From Neophaeotheca triangularis (taxonomy: Eukaryota): DNA of 54,520 nt. The notes under the pieces are model-generated. The model did not search any database. It worked only from the letters and a program-made list of their open reading frames with translations, and was not told the DNA's origin. Made by a program: the position numbers and the translations under genes. Positions 10,499 to 23,636 of this stretch are shown here, in pieces (position 1 is the stretch's first letter; every line of letters begins with the position of its first letter). The stretch is from NCBI GenBank assembly GCA_054600435.1, contig BAAIJX010000089.1:1-54520 (forward strand). The letters are read 5' to 3'.

Positions 10499-11451
10499 TA
10501 GCTAGTAACATTAATAGGGTAGGTGGTGGCGGTGGTTGGGCAATGCATGGAGTTCGCGGAGTGCAGGCGGGGGACAACAAATCTTGGTACGAACAGTCGT
10601 TCGGGACAACCGAAGATTACCTTTTAACTTCCAAGGAGAATTATTCTACGATACACCTTGTTGGACCCTGACACATACAACTCTAATAATGTGTCACTAC
10701 CATGATGATTCCGAGTCGGTTGTCTCACAACGAAAAAGGAACGAGGAAAGCAGTCGCACCACCCTACCTTATCCAACGGGCGAAGAGATAACGTTGGATC
10801 GCCTGCAAGGCAGATCAAGGTCAAAGCACTGCGAAAAACAAGAGTCTCGGATACTTTGAACGTTAGCAGCCGCTGCGATGAGGAGGCGACGGCCTATCAT
10901 TTTGCAGGGCTGGGTATGAGTGACGTCGAGGGAAATTAGCGAGACGGGATGATCATGGTTGTGCACATCACCGGATCCGACTGCACGTAAATAAATAAGA
11001 CGGCTTGATGACCCGGCGTTGCCATTTCGTCGGCACTTCATGACCATTAGACAACAGCGACAACGACAACACGGAAGGAGTGAGGATATGTATTGTCCTA
11101 GGCTTCTAGGGGTAGGTATCTAGGTATGATAGGGAGTGATAGGTAATCAGTAATCAGTAATCAACGGTCACTACCGGTAGTATAGACTAGAGTTTCATAG
11201 CCTAATAGCTACGCCCGCTAGGGTAACGGTCAACAACTACATCAGAATATACTATGAAGACACACGTGTAAAGACAGGGTATAGCTGTGGATATCTTCGG
11301 CGCACTTGATGACATCACTCTCTTTCCCTCTTCCTCCCGTCCCCCGCCTCTCTCTATTCGCGTCGTATAGGCGGCGCCGGCCCTCATTTATAGTACTCTC
11401 GTATTCTTCCCGGACGGCGTATGATAAAACGAGCATATCCGCTGACACTTC

Positions 11452-12400
11452 TTAATCCTTCGTATCCCGCTCGCCATCTACCACTACCTTATTACTAGTA
11501 ATGCCCTCATTAACCCCGCGCCAATTCTTCCACGCAATCCACAAAACCACAGCAAATACCCAAACTACAGACCTAATAGAATTATACGTCAGCCAGACGA
11601 GAAAAATGCTCATCTGGATACCGGAAACTAGCGCGAATGAGAAGACGGGCACGCCCTAACGGCTGAGCGACCACGGCAGCGTCTCGATCCGTCCCTTCAA
11701 ATGAGCTTCAAGCATGCATGCATGCTATCACGATGAAGTACCACGGGTACAGGCCAAACGTCATGAACGAGATGAGGACGCTGAATTCCCCCTCGTTAGC
11801 CAGGTTGAGCAGCGAGGGCACTACGACTAGTAGGACGGACATCTGGGTCGCGCGGACAGGAACGCGGTGTTGGCTGTCGTCGATGTAGGCGAAGTAGGCG
11901 GGGAGCGCGCCGTTTAGACCCATGGCTAGGTGAGTTACGATGCCGATACGATACAGCCGATGATGAATCCACAAACGAAGGCTCGAGGGCTTCCCGTCCG
12001 CTTTAGAAGGGAAACCTTCGTATCTAAACTATCGGTAAGCTCGTAGCGTTAACTTACGGTCTCCTCGTGGTTGACATACGCCGTCATAGCTTCCCAGGAT
12101 AGCATACATGCACTCGCGAACGAGAAGAGCGTACATTAATCGAGGACTCTCTAGCAGCTAGTCATTAGGTTAGTATGGGTTATCATTGAGAAGGTCGTGA
12201 GGTAGATACTTACCCTGAAGCCTGTATGTAGTGCTTACGAGACGATTGCTCCCCGTTCCACCAATGTATGTCTCTGCTAAAGGATTTTCTAAATTCGTAG
12301 GTGCTCGGATTGTTCAAGTGATAGAGCTTGCAAGAAACTTCCTTGGACTCAACACCACCAAGTCGATTGCGGGAACTACAACGACACTCCCCTACACTAA
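11452..12400 (-). pseudogene. Degraded APC-superfamily amino acid/choline (ACT family, HNM1/UGA4-like) permease
   Basis: Fragments RVLD*CTLFSFASACMLSWEAMTA, GSPRAFVCGFII, S*LT*PWV*-GALPAYFAYID..HRVPVRA (decayed SRLTWAWARDGALP), SLLNLA..FSVLISFMTFGLY..YFIVIACM and the C-terminal WKNWRGVN..VVVDGERDTKD*. Intron remnants are present (GTAAGT..TACTAAC..TAG at about 12213-12151). Has stops, frameshifts and a large internal deletion; the 5' limit is approximate. Confidence 0.75.
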
Positions 12401-15220
12401 GACCCGGCGTATAATCTAGAGTTGCAGCAGCGCTTGCTTGGCCTCTAGTCAGTACGACATCGACCAGCTTCATGCAGACAATCCCGTACTCAGCTCGTGG
12501 GAACGATCTGCACTAAGAAACGGCTGAAGGGACTTGTAGCTTTCTCAAATAGCTACTAATGTCTAGGATCAAAAGAGTGTGTGATGTTTCGTTGCATTGT
12601 ATGCGTAGACGGTATGCGCTGCTCGTGTATATAGCCTTGCCTCTTTGCCAACACTTCGTCCTCTCTAGTTGTTAGACATGAAGACTTGCATTCTAATATC
12701 TAGTAGTAGCATTCTTGGTTCATCTCGGAGCCACCGCGAAAGTGCGAGCGAGTAGTCCACTACACCTCGGACCATGGAACGAGTGAGAAGTTTCGTCTAC
12801 AAGCATGTCAATAGTAGTAGCTTGGTGCTTTACGTGGAGGCTCTTTCCTTGGTCTACCGTCGGTCGTAAGATGTTCTGGCTACACATTAGAGCGATAATT
12901 AGTTCTACAAGCTTCATGCGACGAGCGAGGAAGTGTCTATTCGAATTTTTTGCGCCTATGTTTACCGTCTGAACTTGTTTCGCTGACCAGATTCATCTAC
13001 CATCTGCAGGTTTACTAGATGTAGAAGCTCCTCTGCATCGATCAGACCGATGTAACTTACGGCATGGAAAGCCCTGAAAGCTCTCAGGCGACCGATGGGC
13101 CTCGTATGCCGAAAGCTTTGAATGCGGTTTGAGGACTGGTCTGATGCGTCATCAGCTCCTGGTCCTATCGAAGACGATGGTGGCGCATTTCGCCCATTGG
13201 AGACTTCCACCAAAGATTTTGTGCGAAAGAGCGGCCGGAATCATTTCACGATCCAGGAATTCATCAACCGGGGATGGATTTGTTCCGGTGATAAGGGCAC
13301 CAAGGTCTCGCAGAGAATCGGTCGAGGATGGCCTTGGTTTTGCTGTGGTCAATCTCGGTTTCTCACGAACGGTGATGGCCGTCGATGGATACGCGACCCT
13401 TCATCACTAGGGACGCCGCGAGGCCAACTGCAATTGTCGAGGCTTCGATGCAACCGAATCAGCCGATGGGAAAAGTTTTAATACGCTTTAACGCCAGACC
13501 CGCATTGACGGGTGATTTTGCAAGATGTCGTCAAGATACAGTAGAAAGTTTGGGACAGTCCCGGAGCAACAAGACCCTAGAAAGAGCAGAGCACGATCGT
13601 CTTCTGGAGATGCCCAGGATGCCAAGTGTCAGCTATGGGGGAAATGAGGGGTGACTTCAAGACTTGATAGCAACAGATTAAGCAATTGAGCATATCATTG
13701 CTGGAAAATCATCAGTTCTTGGTCTGGTGGGCTACATCCGGTGTCGACTTGATCTAGAGCTGGATTTGTCTTGCTGCATGAGGTATAGGTAGCAGCAGCA
13801 TGAGATTGATTTGAGAGAGCGAGCCCCACCTGACGGGTCAGGATGTAGATCGCCCCTTGTCACCACCTTTTTTTCGAAGATCGACATGTGCGACTGGAGG
13901 AAGATGCTTCGGCTCATGGAACCGCATCGTCGATACATGCCCGTTTATGCTCAATCATCAAGCCGTTCCAAAAGGCACGAGAGATGGACAAGCCAGCTGA
14001 GTGAGTGCAAGAGATTGGTCCTTTTAGATGCCACCTACCTCTGGCCATGATCCGACCACCATTAAAGTCCTTCACATATGCAGTCGAGTGCCCACCCGGA
14101 TGCCTGTCAGTGGAGCTGCAGTTCTCTAGCTTCCGATCATGACTCCGGCCTTCTAAGGTTGTCTAAGATGCATGGCGCCTCAAGCTAAGGTACTTATGCT
14201 TACGCCATCTCTCGAACCCATACGGCCCGTTCATCTTTCCGCCTATCACTGCCTAGCGGCTGATGCCCCGAGCCTCCATGCGGTTGGCCCATGTGCGGTC
14301 CGAGACTTGCATGGGCACGCAGCACGCCATCATGGCGACCACACCTGCACGGTGGCCATCCTCCACGTCTTCCACTGGTAAAAGTATCTTGCCTCCCACG
14401 TCTTCTTGACCTCACCCTGCGCAATGCCCTAATGCACGCCTTAGTAGCGAGCGGTAGGGAGCCCGTCTGGAGACAACTGCTCACCGATCGGAGGGAAAGG
14501 ACTAGAGAGGCTGTTCGATTTGCGTCGGATAGAAAACCCTGAGAAATGGCACTCGGATTGCCGAATCGATCGTAGATGACCCGACTACCTGGTATCGTTC
14601 ACGAATCTTGGATCAAATGCATTCTTGACGGGAAGAGACACAAGGTGCAGTAGTCTCACCTGTCCATCCGCCACAGTAGTCCACATTCCAGAGACAAAAC
14701 GAGGCATTGCAGCAAAGCTCTAGTGGATCTCCAAGGAGCGCCGCTGACGGTCTACGCAGTCAAGTCGAGTGCCGTGGCCGTCCGGCTGCATGTGTACTGT
14801 AATGAAGCGCGTCTTGTATGGTGTAGACAAGAGAACGGCCTGCCTAGTGGCACAAGTATGAGCTCACTGCGAACTGTCCCAGCTCGTTGGGCCTGCATCT
14901 TGATGCTGCCAGATCTCTCCCTTTACTCGCGGGTGGAGTTGGCAATAGTTTGCTATTGGACACATTCACGTCCATCCCGATCATGACCCAGGGTGGAACC
15001 CCTGCGTATATCAGTATTGGCATGCGGTGTAGATCTTCATTGACACGGCTTGGTGAAATCGGTTTGTATATGTCTGAGCATACCACAGGGCTATATGTTT
15101 CATCCTCAGCGTCCTATAACTGCCTTGATTTTGTTTCAAACTCCATCAGTCGCTGCCCAACCTTTACTACCAAGGCAATATTATTACCGAGCCTTTCCTC
15201 GCCCACCCGTTTAATTCACC

Positions 15221-15915
15221 ATGAAGTTCACGACACTCCTCGGTGTTTCCTTCACGGGCATCGCAGCCGCCAGTCCGGTCGATCTCGCCAAGCGCACCGG
15301 CACGCAGCAACTGGCCACCTTTGACGAGCTGCCTAGCCTACCTGGTATCTCCCAAATCAACCCCGTCAACGTTCACAGTACGCAAAGCTCCGCACCCACG
15401 GCCGAGATGCGGCCCCAGCTGACAAAACCACAGAGGGCATCAACTACAACTCCTTCAACGTCGTTTCAGTTGGCGTCGATGTCCTGGGCCTACCACTTAC
15501 TGGCGTAATACCCGGCGTGCTGCCCCAATCCGGCCGTCAATATATCGGCACCTCCATCACAGAATCCCTGACCCGCGGCGGCCCAGCTTTCATCATCGAC
15601 GGCGAATCCTTCAAATCCTTCGACTTGCAGTCCCTCTTCTTCGGCTGCGCCGTCAACGCCGTGCAAAGCGTCGCCGGCGTGCCTCAGCAGTGCACAATCG
15701 CTTTCACCGCTTTCAAGCGCGGTAGCGACAGCGCCTTCGAGACTATCAATGTGCAGTTCAACCCTTCGGGTCTCCGGACCGGGTTGACGCAGGCCAGGTT
15801 TCCGCGCTCGTGGGACAAGCTCTCCCGAGTGGACATCGCAGTCGTGCAGGCTACCTCGACCGAGGCTTTGAATGTCTTGGTGGTAGATGATGTTGCTTAC
15901 AAGCTGAACCGCTAG
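15221..15915 (+). CDS. Small secreted protein (signal peptide, LAKR Kex2-type site), 2 exons (15221-15377, 15434-15915)
   Basis: MKFTTLLGVSFTGIAAASPVDLAKR. The intron GTACGC..GCTGAC..CAG joins two track ORFs in frame. The C-terminal FDLQSLFFGC...CTIAFT beta-rich domain is typical of an uncharacterised fungal secreted family (possibly DUF7371). Confidence 0.8.
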
Positions 15916-16435
15916 GCCTTTGGATTGTTGGAGAAGGTTTCGTTCGAAATGAAATTGATGGGCGTGCTTTCTGGGATGGAAATCGGTAGCTTTGTCGTCA
16001 TGGGCGAAGAGATGCAGATCGTTGGAGCGATTAACAACTTCGTTGATATTACTCCGCAACTTCTTGTGCAACCATTACTCATCGCTGTCCTCGCCATGAC
16101 CTCTCATTCCACCGAGCGCTATAGAAGATGGCGAAATTCGTATCGGTATAGTAAAAGCGATATGCCACTGTCAGCAAAAAATTCTCCAGCGGACGTTGTG
16201 TAGCATTCCCGGGAGCGTATCAGGTATCGATCAGATGTCGAGATTGACGAAGTGTGTATGGCGGTGAAAGATATGAGATAAGAAGCCGGGAGAGAGCCAC
16301 CGCCGGACTGCAGTCTCGTGCGGTTAGCAAAACCTGTACGAAGCCATTTAATCGAATAATGTGGATGTTTCGCTCGCCCGGTAGCCTCTCAGTCCATCGC
16401 TTCCCCGTCCTCTCGTTTCCTCCATCGATTGCCCG

Positions 16436-18878
16436 TCAAGCGTATTTCCGTCCTGGTACCAGCTCGCTGACCTCTTTTGACGTGAACGAGCAATGCCCAA
16501 CCTCATCTTCAGCAGTCTCGTCTTGTTTGACGACTCCCCATTGGACTGGCAAGAAAGCGGCATCTGGATCGTTCGCGGGGGGGTGGCAGGCCGCTGCGAT
16601 GGCAAAACTGCAGGAGCCTGCGACAGGCATAGTACTTGCGAATTTGCGGAAGCCCAAAGCCACCAACATCAGAAGCATGCATAACCCCATCATGATGGAC
16701 CCAAAGATTGCTGGGGGGTTGTAGCCAGCAGCTGTTATGTTCTCTGTGGGGCCTGTGGGCACACCGGTCATGAAATCTCCATACGAAACTGTGTCCAATC
16801 GGATCAGAAAGATAGCTTGGGAAATAAACCAGTGCAGTAGCATCATGGCCACGACAAGCGGTAGGCCGTACTTGTAGGGTAGCTGCAACCAATAAGTGCG
16901 TCTCTGCATGCCGTGCTCTATTGAAACCCGTAAACCTTTCCGGGTGACGGCGTAGGTGCTCCATTCATGTGCCACTAACATGCTGGTGAGGAGGCCATTG
17001 TATAGGAGATAGAGAAAAGAGACAACCACTTGGGGGAGGTTGACAACCAGCACATGCACAAGGATAGCCGCAGCACCACGCTGTGGCAACGCATGCTCAG
17101 TTTTAACGATGAGATCGAGGTTGGTCTCGCCAAAATCCGACTCAAAGACCCTCTGGGCACCACGTCCTAGCTCACGAGCTCCCTGCCGGAGGAGTTCGGA
17201 AGCTATGGCAAGAGCAAGAATGCAAAGGCCGACTGTCGTCAGCCAGCGCGGTGCGCTGGCGGCGTTCCACCATCGATTGCTGAATGATGGGACGACATAC
17301 TCGGTTCGAGAAGGGTGCAACGTCCGGCGCTCGACCCCAGCCGGACCCAAACCTCGGAAATCGTGTACATGTCCGGGAGGCTGGTGTTGAGATCGGAGGT
17401 GGGCGACGGCCTCTCGCTTGGAAAAAGTGCAGTGACCAACGGTCAGCTTGTCGGGACGCTCCAGATAGCTTGCAACAGCGTCTCCAAGTGTGACAAGAGC
17501 GGGTGTTTTCCCCACCCACAACGCTGTAAGCATTGCGACCACCTTCGCGGCATTGCAGACAATGACGACTACGAATATAGTCTCGCTAAATTGTAGCTTA
17601 CAAGACCCGTCCACTAGTCTTGAAAGGCAATAGTCTATCTTCTTTTCATGAACAGTCCAAGGTTCGCTAGAGGATAGAATCTCGCTTGGGTCGCAAGCGT
17701 AAGCGTTGCTATCGTCAATGCAAATCCAGTCATACCCTGTCTGAGGTTCCTCGTAGCCAAAGACCGTCTGTTCGGCGATGTCCCCCTTTTCTTTCGTGAC
17801 CGCGAGTACGTGGCTACGCCCTGACAGGAATCTGTTGTGGTACCTGGATATACAGTCGTGCGGGGCAGTCAAATTCTCGACGACCGAGGAGTTGTCGTAT
17901 GCATCGTTCTCGGTAAACATGCTCCGTATGATTCGTACGTCTTGGGCTGAAACTTGTCTAGTGGCGTCTGGATGGAATTCGTCGAGGAACCGGTTTGTGC
18001 CGTAATCGAAAAGGGTCCAGTTTCCCAACGGATGTCTTTGGAGGAAAAAGTCCTCATGGACTGTAGTTATCGCATAAGCGTCTGTTGTCGTCCTTTTGAA
18101 CACCGCGGAGTTATACAACAGGTGGATAGGTACGCTAGTAAGCCCTAGGACAAACCATAGCGCGGTCTTCGGCCATTTGATGCGAAAGAGGTTTCTGATA
18201 CTGGCGACTCCAATGTCCAGCCATCTTCCTTCCCTATGAGCTTTGTCGGCTTCCTCGCGGGTCGGCGCCGTGAGGCACTGCATAGTGTAGTTTGAAGCAC
18301 CTAGCATCATCGAGCCGAGAACGTTGATGACTAAATGTAGTCCGATTGATAGCCGCGTTACCACCTGGCAGTCGCCCTCGTACGCTGTGAAGATGCCTTG
18401 GGTTTCAGGGTCAGGGTCCTGCCCGGACGATTTGACAGCTGACCACGCTAGAAGGGACAAGTTGAGTATCATCACTAGGAAGGTGGAGGCCGCCGCGGCC
18501 ATCACACCAAAGCGCCAGCTTTTCCATTTCCGTTTCCGCTCTCGGTTGGCACGGGGTTTCGATGCCAGTTGTTTTTCGGTCGTCGTTGACGATGGCCCAG
18601 GCTTCGTCGTAGTCTCGTCGTTTCCAGACTCAGTTCGTACGAGTGGCACTTGGTCAGATTCTTCGCCATGCGATACGAATGATTGAGCAGAAGTGTAGCT
18701 GGGAGTTCTCCAGAGGTAGCCTTGTCAGCAAACTCTGGACGTGACCGAGATGTCAAGCCCACCTCTCACCTTGCTGTCGGAAGTCCTCGAGGCTCCGCAG
18801 AGCTGTTCCGCCTATGTTGAGTTCGACCTGGCCCTTGTTCAAGCACAGGGTGCAGTAACAAAGTCTCACGAGACTCAT
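16436..18878 (-). CDS. Multi-pass membrane protein with an N-terminal DUF6536-like domain
   Basis: WRFGV..LHLVINVLGSMMLGASNYTMQCLTAPTREEADKAH..WLDIGVASIRNL and C-terminal GSCSFAIAAACHP..VQWG..GHCSFT are typical of this fungal family. The track start (18649) is a GTG. An upstream exon via intron GTGAGA..GCTGAC..AAG (about 18769-18721) reaches an ATG at 18878; the 5' end is uncertain. Confidence 0.75.
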
Positions 18879-19629
18879 CGCCGTACGGCCAAAAGCTCGG
18901 GGTAGATAGATGATCCGTAGCTCTAAGGCTACCCGTGTCCTTTGTGTCAGCGGAACCCTATCAAATTCATGGTTCTCAACAGCACCGGAGGATGCTCACC
19001 TCGCTCTTGGAAGCTCTTGTAGCTCTAGGGCGCTGCTCTGTCCATCGGTGCTGTCTTGAGTGTCGCCGATCCTCTCGTAGCTGTGATTTTGTGGTGACAC
19101 ATTTTTTTCGTACGGCGAAGTGGTTGTTGATTGAAGGAACTGAATTCACAATAACGGCCAGGTCTCAATTCGCAAGGCAATAATGCTCGCGGGTAGCTGG
19201 GAGCCTTCATACAATGTGCGGCCTCAATGCCAAGCGCTGGTCCGCAGAGTATCAGCTGGAGCTGAGCGCTTGATCAATTTGCATATGCAGGCAGGATTCG
19301 TGGCTGGGGCGTAAGCGACCGGTGAAGCCCACGCCTTCTTCCATTCGCTGGAGACTGGAGCGGGTTGCCTTAAGCCACGTATAGACGCTGTGGTTGGCAC
19401 TTTCAAAGTACGAACCAAATTCAGTACACGTCAATTGACCGGAACCCAATTCCAGCTTTCCGTTTCAAGCTGCAGGTTACAGCAAAGCCTTGGCGCTTGT
19501 TCTTGTTCTCGGGCCTGATGCAGTGGCCAATCGTTGGGCGGAGACATAGCCGTAATTTACAGCGTAGTGCGGGACATCGAAAGACTTGGAATACCGCAGC
19601 GACCTCGTTGGCCGCAGCACAGGGACCAG

Positions 19630-21468
19630 TCAAAACGTCTGCGCCTTCCTCCCCATCAGCTCGAGCATCCCTCTAAACCCCAACCAACCATTACCGACCA
19701 CAGGGGGCCCCCCAGGAAGAGGTTCCTCTTGCAAAAGCAGCTTCTCGAAATCTCCCAACCGATCCTCAAACATCACGCTGTTCTGAACAGCATGCTTCCC
19801 TGAGTAAACCCACTTGACCCCCTCAGCCCTTTCCGGCGGCTCAGACGACAGATCCACAACCCGGTCATTCGGGCAATCATGATATTCGCGTCCATCCTGC
19901 ACGACCCAGCCGTCAAGCGGGCCGCCCGGTCTTTGCGGTTTGTACGCCCCGACCGCATGGCTGGTAAGACGATGCCAGAACCACGAAACTTTCGATAGCA
20001 AACCATCCTGCGGCTCGTAGCCATTGCCGCCAAAGTCCAACCGCGCACGCACAGACGCGTGGATGTATTCGTTAGTGTTGTGCAACGGACGCTTCGGGTC
20101 GATCTTTCCCGAGTGGTAGAAAGTGCGATGATAGCGACCAGGGACGCGGGTTTTGGCGCCCACGAGGGATTGCGGCAGCGTCAGACTGTCGTAGACGCGG
20201 CCCATGCCCCAACCGCGAGAGCCTCCGCCGTGATGGGCGTAGTATTTGGTTTGTTGGTGGTAAAGGTGGGAGATATAGGGGTGGTCGAATTTGATCCAGT
20301 CGAGGGGACGGAAGGGAAGGAAATCGGGACACAACTCTCTGTCAGAAGGGTACGTGGAGTGCCCAGCTAGTTGGTCCATCATCCAGGCAAGTGTGATGTC
20401 CGCCATGCCTGTATCTTCGTAGGAGCCGCCAATGTTGGAGTGAGCGCCGGCAAACCAGCATTGTTTGAGGTTAGTGGTGTTGCCGGCTGGCTTCTCCCAA
20501 ATTGCGGGCGAGTAGGGAAAGCGACGTTCGTCTAGGGCCAAAGCTTGGAAAGCGTGTTCGATGTGATTGTCAAGAGCGGTGTCGAACCAGGAGTATTCGC
20601 GAACGAAAGCAGGGAGGAATGGAAGCAGGCGCTGCAGGAGCGGGTTTACGGGTATACCCAGCGCACCGACGGTGTCCCACACGCCTATTATCTTGACGTT
20701 GGCTTCTTGAGTTAGGCTGAGGTCGAGTAGTAGGCGGCGGTACTCGTCCATGTATTCATTGATGCGGCTCGGGTCGGAGGCAAGCTTGGAATCTGGTTTG
20801 ACCTTCTCGGGCATGTACTCCTCTGGATGGCTGAAGTAGCTGTCAAAAAATGTTGGTGTGTAGTTGGAGCTTCCGGCATTCTCCCAATCAGTGAAGATCT
20901 CGTAAAAGTGTGCCATTGCATCTTTCTTGAGGATTCCCACTGCTCCAATGAAGCCACCCAGGCTTCTTGCTGTGAACGCGCCTCGAGAAAAGCCGATCAG
21001 AAAGATGGAGTCGTGGTCCGCCGCCAGCTTTTCGTGCTCTGAGTAATTGCTGGCAAGGAAAGAATAAGCTTCGCGGATGTTCTCAGCCAGACCAAGACCG
21101 GTGCCGCCGCCCATAAGCTGGCTGTAGAGACCTATGCCGGTGCCGACGCCTGCCTGGTAGTATACAATTTGAGGATGGTGGTCGTCGTCTTCTGAAGCTA
21201 TGGCCCGGGAGATCCTAGTCACATTTGAAGGAATGGCGGGATGTCCCTCTTTCCCCCATTTGCCCTTGACCCAGCCGTTGTCAGAGTCCAGCCATGTTCC
21301 TGTGGAGTGTTAACATGATCCTCGGAGTATCGGTGTCAAAAACTTACCATCACAACAGACTATGAGCTTTTTCGGTAGCCGTACTTTCGGGGTGAGGGTA
21401 TCAGTAACAGATGGGCTGTGCGAATGTCGGTGTGGTTGTTCGCCATCGACCATTGGATGAAGAGCCAT
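19630..21468 (-). CDS. DUF2235 / Tle1-like alpha-beta hydrolase (putative phospholipase), 2 exons (21468-21348, 21299-19630)
   Basis: KKLIVCCDGTW (across intron 21300-21347), SNVTRI, YYQAGVGTG, GFSRGA nucleophile elbow, GVWDTVGALG, ALALDERR and WFAGAHSNIGG. Confidence 0.9.
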
Positions 21469-22135
21469 GGTGTTCAGGCAGAACCTCTTGCAATAAGGGC
21501 AGAATGTAATATACGCCTGATATCAATCGCTCGATACCGCAATGTCAGTGCCAGACATGTGTGCAATGTTTAGTCGTTTGTCAGAGCAAGATCTCAACCT
21601 CATCGCAGAGACCGAGGTGTCACTACCCTCGTCCTACTTATATCTCGTCCAATCCAGTCATCACGCGGATGAACGCCTAAAAATTCCATTCTTTCTTCTA
21701 AAAAATAGCACAGAGGCTGAGGTGAGATGAGGCTGATGGGCGGTGCGGCTGAGGTCTCGCATCTCGGACTTTGTAGGAATTTGCGAGTTTGGAAAAGATT
21801 GGCGACAAAGCCTTGGCTTATAATTAGTCCTTTTGACGGTTCTGAGGAACGTCTTACAGCGCTGTCGTGATGAGCTGGAGACAGTCGTGGGCTGAGCATG
21901 TCAGAGGGAGATGTTTTCAGACTCTGGCCTCGTGCAGGAGTGTTGTTGTGGCGGAGTTCGGTCGTCGTCGAAACAGCCAGCTCAAATTCAATCCTTGAAG
22001 CGGTAGATCGGTCAGAATAAAAGACTTCGACAGGTCTGTCTAATCCAACAGTAAGCCTAGTCGGTCATACGCTCCCAGAAATCCTACAAACCCACCCCCC
22101 TCAATCCTTCTCTCAGCCTCCCACCCCCTCAACCC

Positions 22136-23636
22136 TCATCGCCCCTCATCCTTCCGATCGAAACTCTTCCCCCCTCCCCGGCTGCCATACCCCTTGACCC
22201 GGCCGTCTCCAAAACTCGTCCTCTTCCCATTCCCACCATACGAGCTCCCCTCCTCGCTATCCTCTGCCAACTCTTCTAGACCCCCCTGCGCAGTCTCAAC
22301 ATCATAACTATGCATCAAATGCTGCTGCCCACTACCACCATCCAAGCTACTCCTACCAGCCCTAAAGCTCCACCCTCCACTTCCAGACCCACTCCTCCTA
22401 TGGTGTCCGCCAAATTCCCCCGATCGTCGGCTCTGCATACTCAATCTCGTGATCCCCCCCGCCAGCCCATCCGTTGGGATACCATCGACTTCTGTGTATC
22501 CGCCTCGATCGGCGTCGCCGTTGGCGCTGGACTTGTTGTAGTGGCCTTGGTTGATGCCAAGATTTTCGCCGTTGGGGTCTTCGCGGGAGAGATTGAGTAG
22601 GTAGACGCCGGTGAAGATTGTTAGGAAGCCGCAGAGGAGGGAGATGGTGTTGACGGCATCGGAGGTGTTGAAGCCGCTGAAGAGGACGAAGGAGGCGATG
22701 AGCGTGCAAGTTGTGAAGGTCACGTAGTAGAGGGGGTTTACTCTGGAAGGTTGTATTAGCTGTGTGGCTTTAAATTTCGCTGATGGTTTTGGGGCCATGG
22801 GTGTTGGGGTTTTCGAGTTGGCCGGAATGGAATGCGACGTACATATTCGTACTGAACTGACTCAGTGCCTTATTGAAGTAATTCATCTGCGTCAGTATAC
22901 ACACTGCCACTGCCACTACAAAAACGTAGGTCGAAGCGTGTGTGAATTGGTTGTTACCGCTGAGAGTCATTTTGACGGCCACTCCAAAGCCCTTAATCGC
23001 CATGACGGAAATGCTGCCCACAGAGCTGCAGATGCTAAGGTAGATCATGGGGTTCTTTTTGCCATATTTCGGAGCGATTTTGTAAATCATCACCACCGCA
23101 AAGATGGAGACGAAGGCGCAGTAGAAGAGGAAGCCTAGGATTCATTGTTAGCTTCCGGACACACACTTTCTCGCCTTCAATTCAACTGTAATTGTCGTTT
23201 TGTACTCACCCCACCCCAGTGCATAATGCAACAGCTGATCAATATTCTCCAACTCAGTATCCGGCGGCGCATGCAAAACAATCACCACGCTCCCGACCAA
23301 GCAAATCGCACACCCAATTCGTCCGAGCACCCCCAATTGCTCTCCTAAGAAGTAACTCCCTAATACCGCGCCAATGAGCACACTCAGCGCTCCTAACGGT
23401 GTCACCAAAATCGCAGGGGCAAAAGCGTAGGCCGCAAAGTTTGCAATCTCGCCTATGACCATTGTTATTATGCCGGCCCACCATAACGGCGTTTTCAGGT
23501 ATGCGAATCCGGTGCCGTCAAATTCATGCTTTTCCGCTGCTCGATTGAGACCTTTTTTCGTTATTACAAAGGAGGTTCCGATGGCGAGGGTGCTGGTTAC
23601 GGCGAGCGCGAGCCCGATGTATTTGTCTTCTATCAT
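22136..23636 (-). CDS. NIPA-family (DUF803) magnesium transporter, 3 exons (23636-23210, 23134-22843, 22742-22136)
   Basis: MIEDKYIGLALAV..GTSFVITKKGL, WWAG, NFAAYAFAPAILVTPLGALSV, QMNYFNKAL and VNPLYYV. Both introns are canonical and frame-preserving. Confidence 0.93.
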
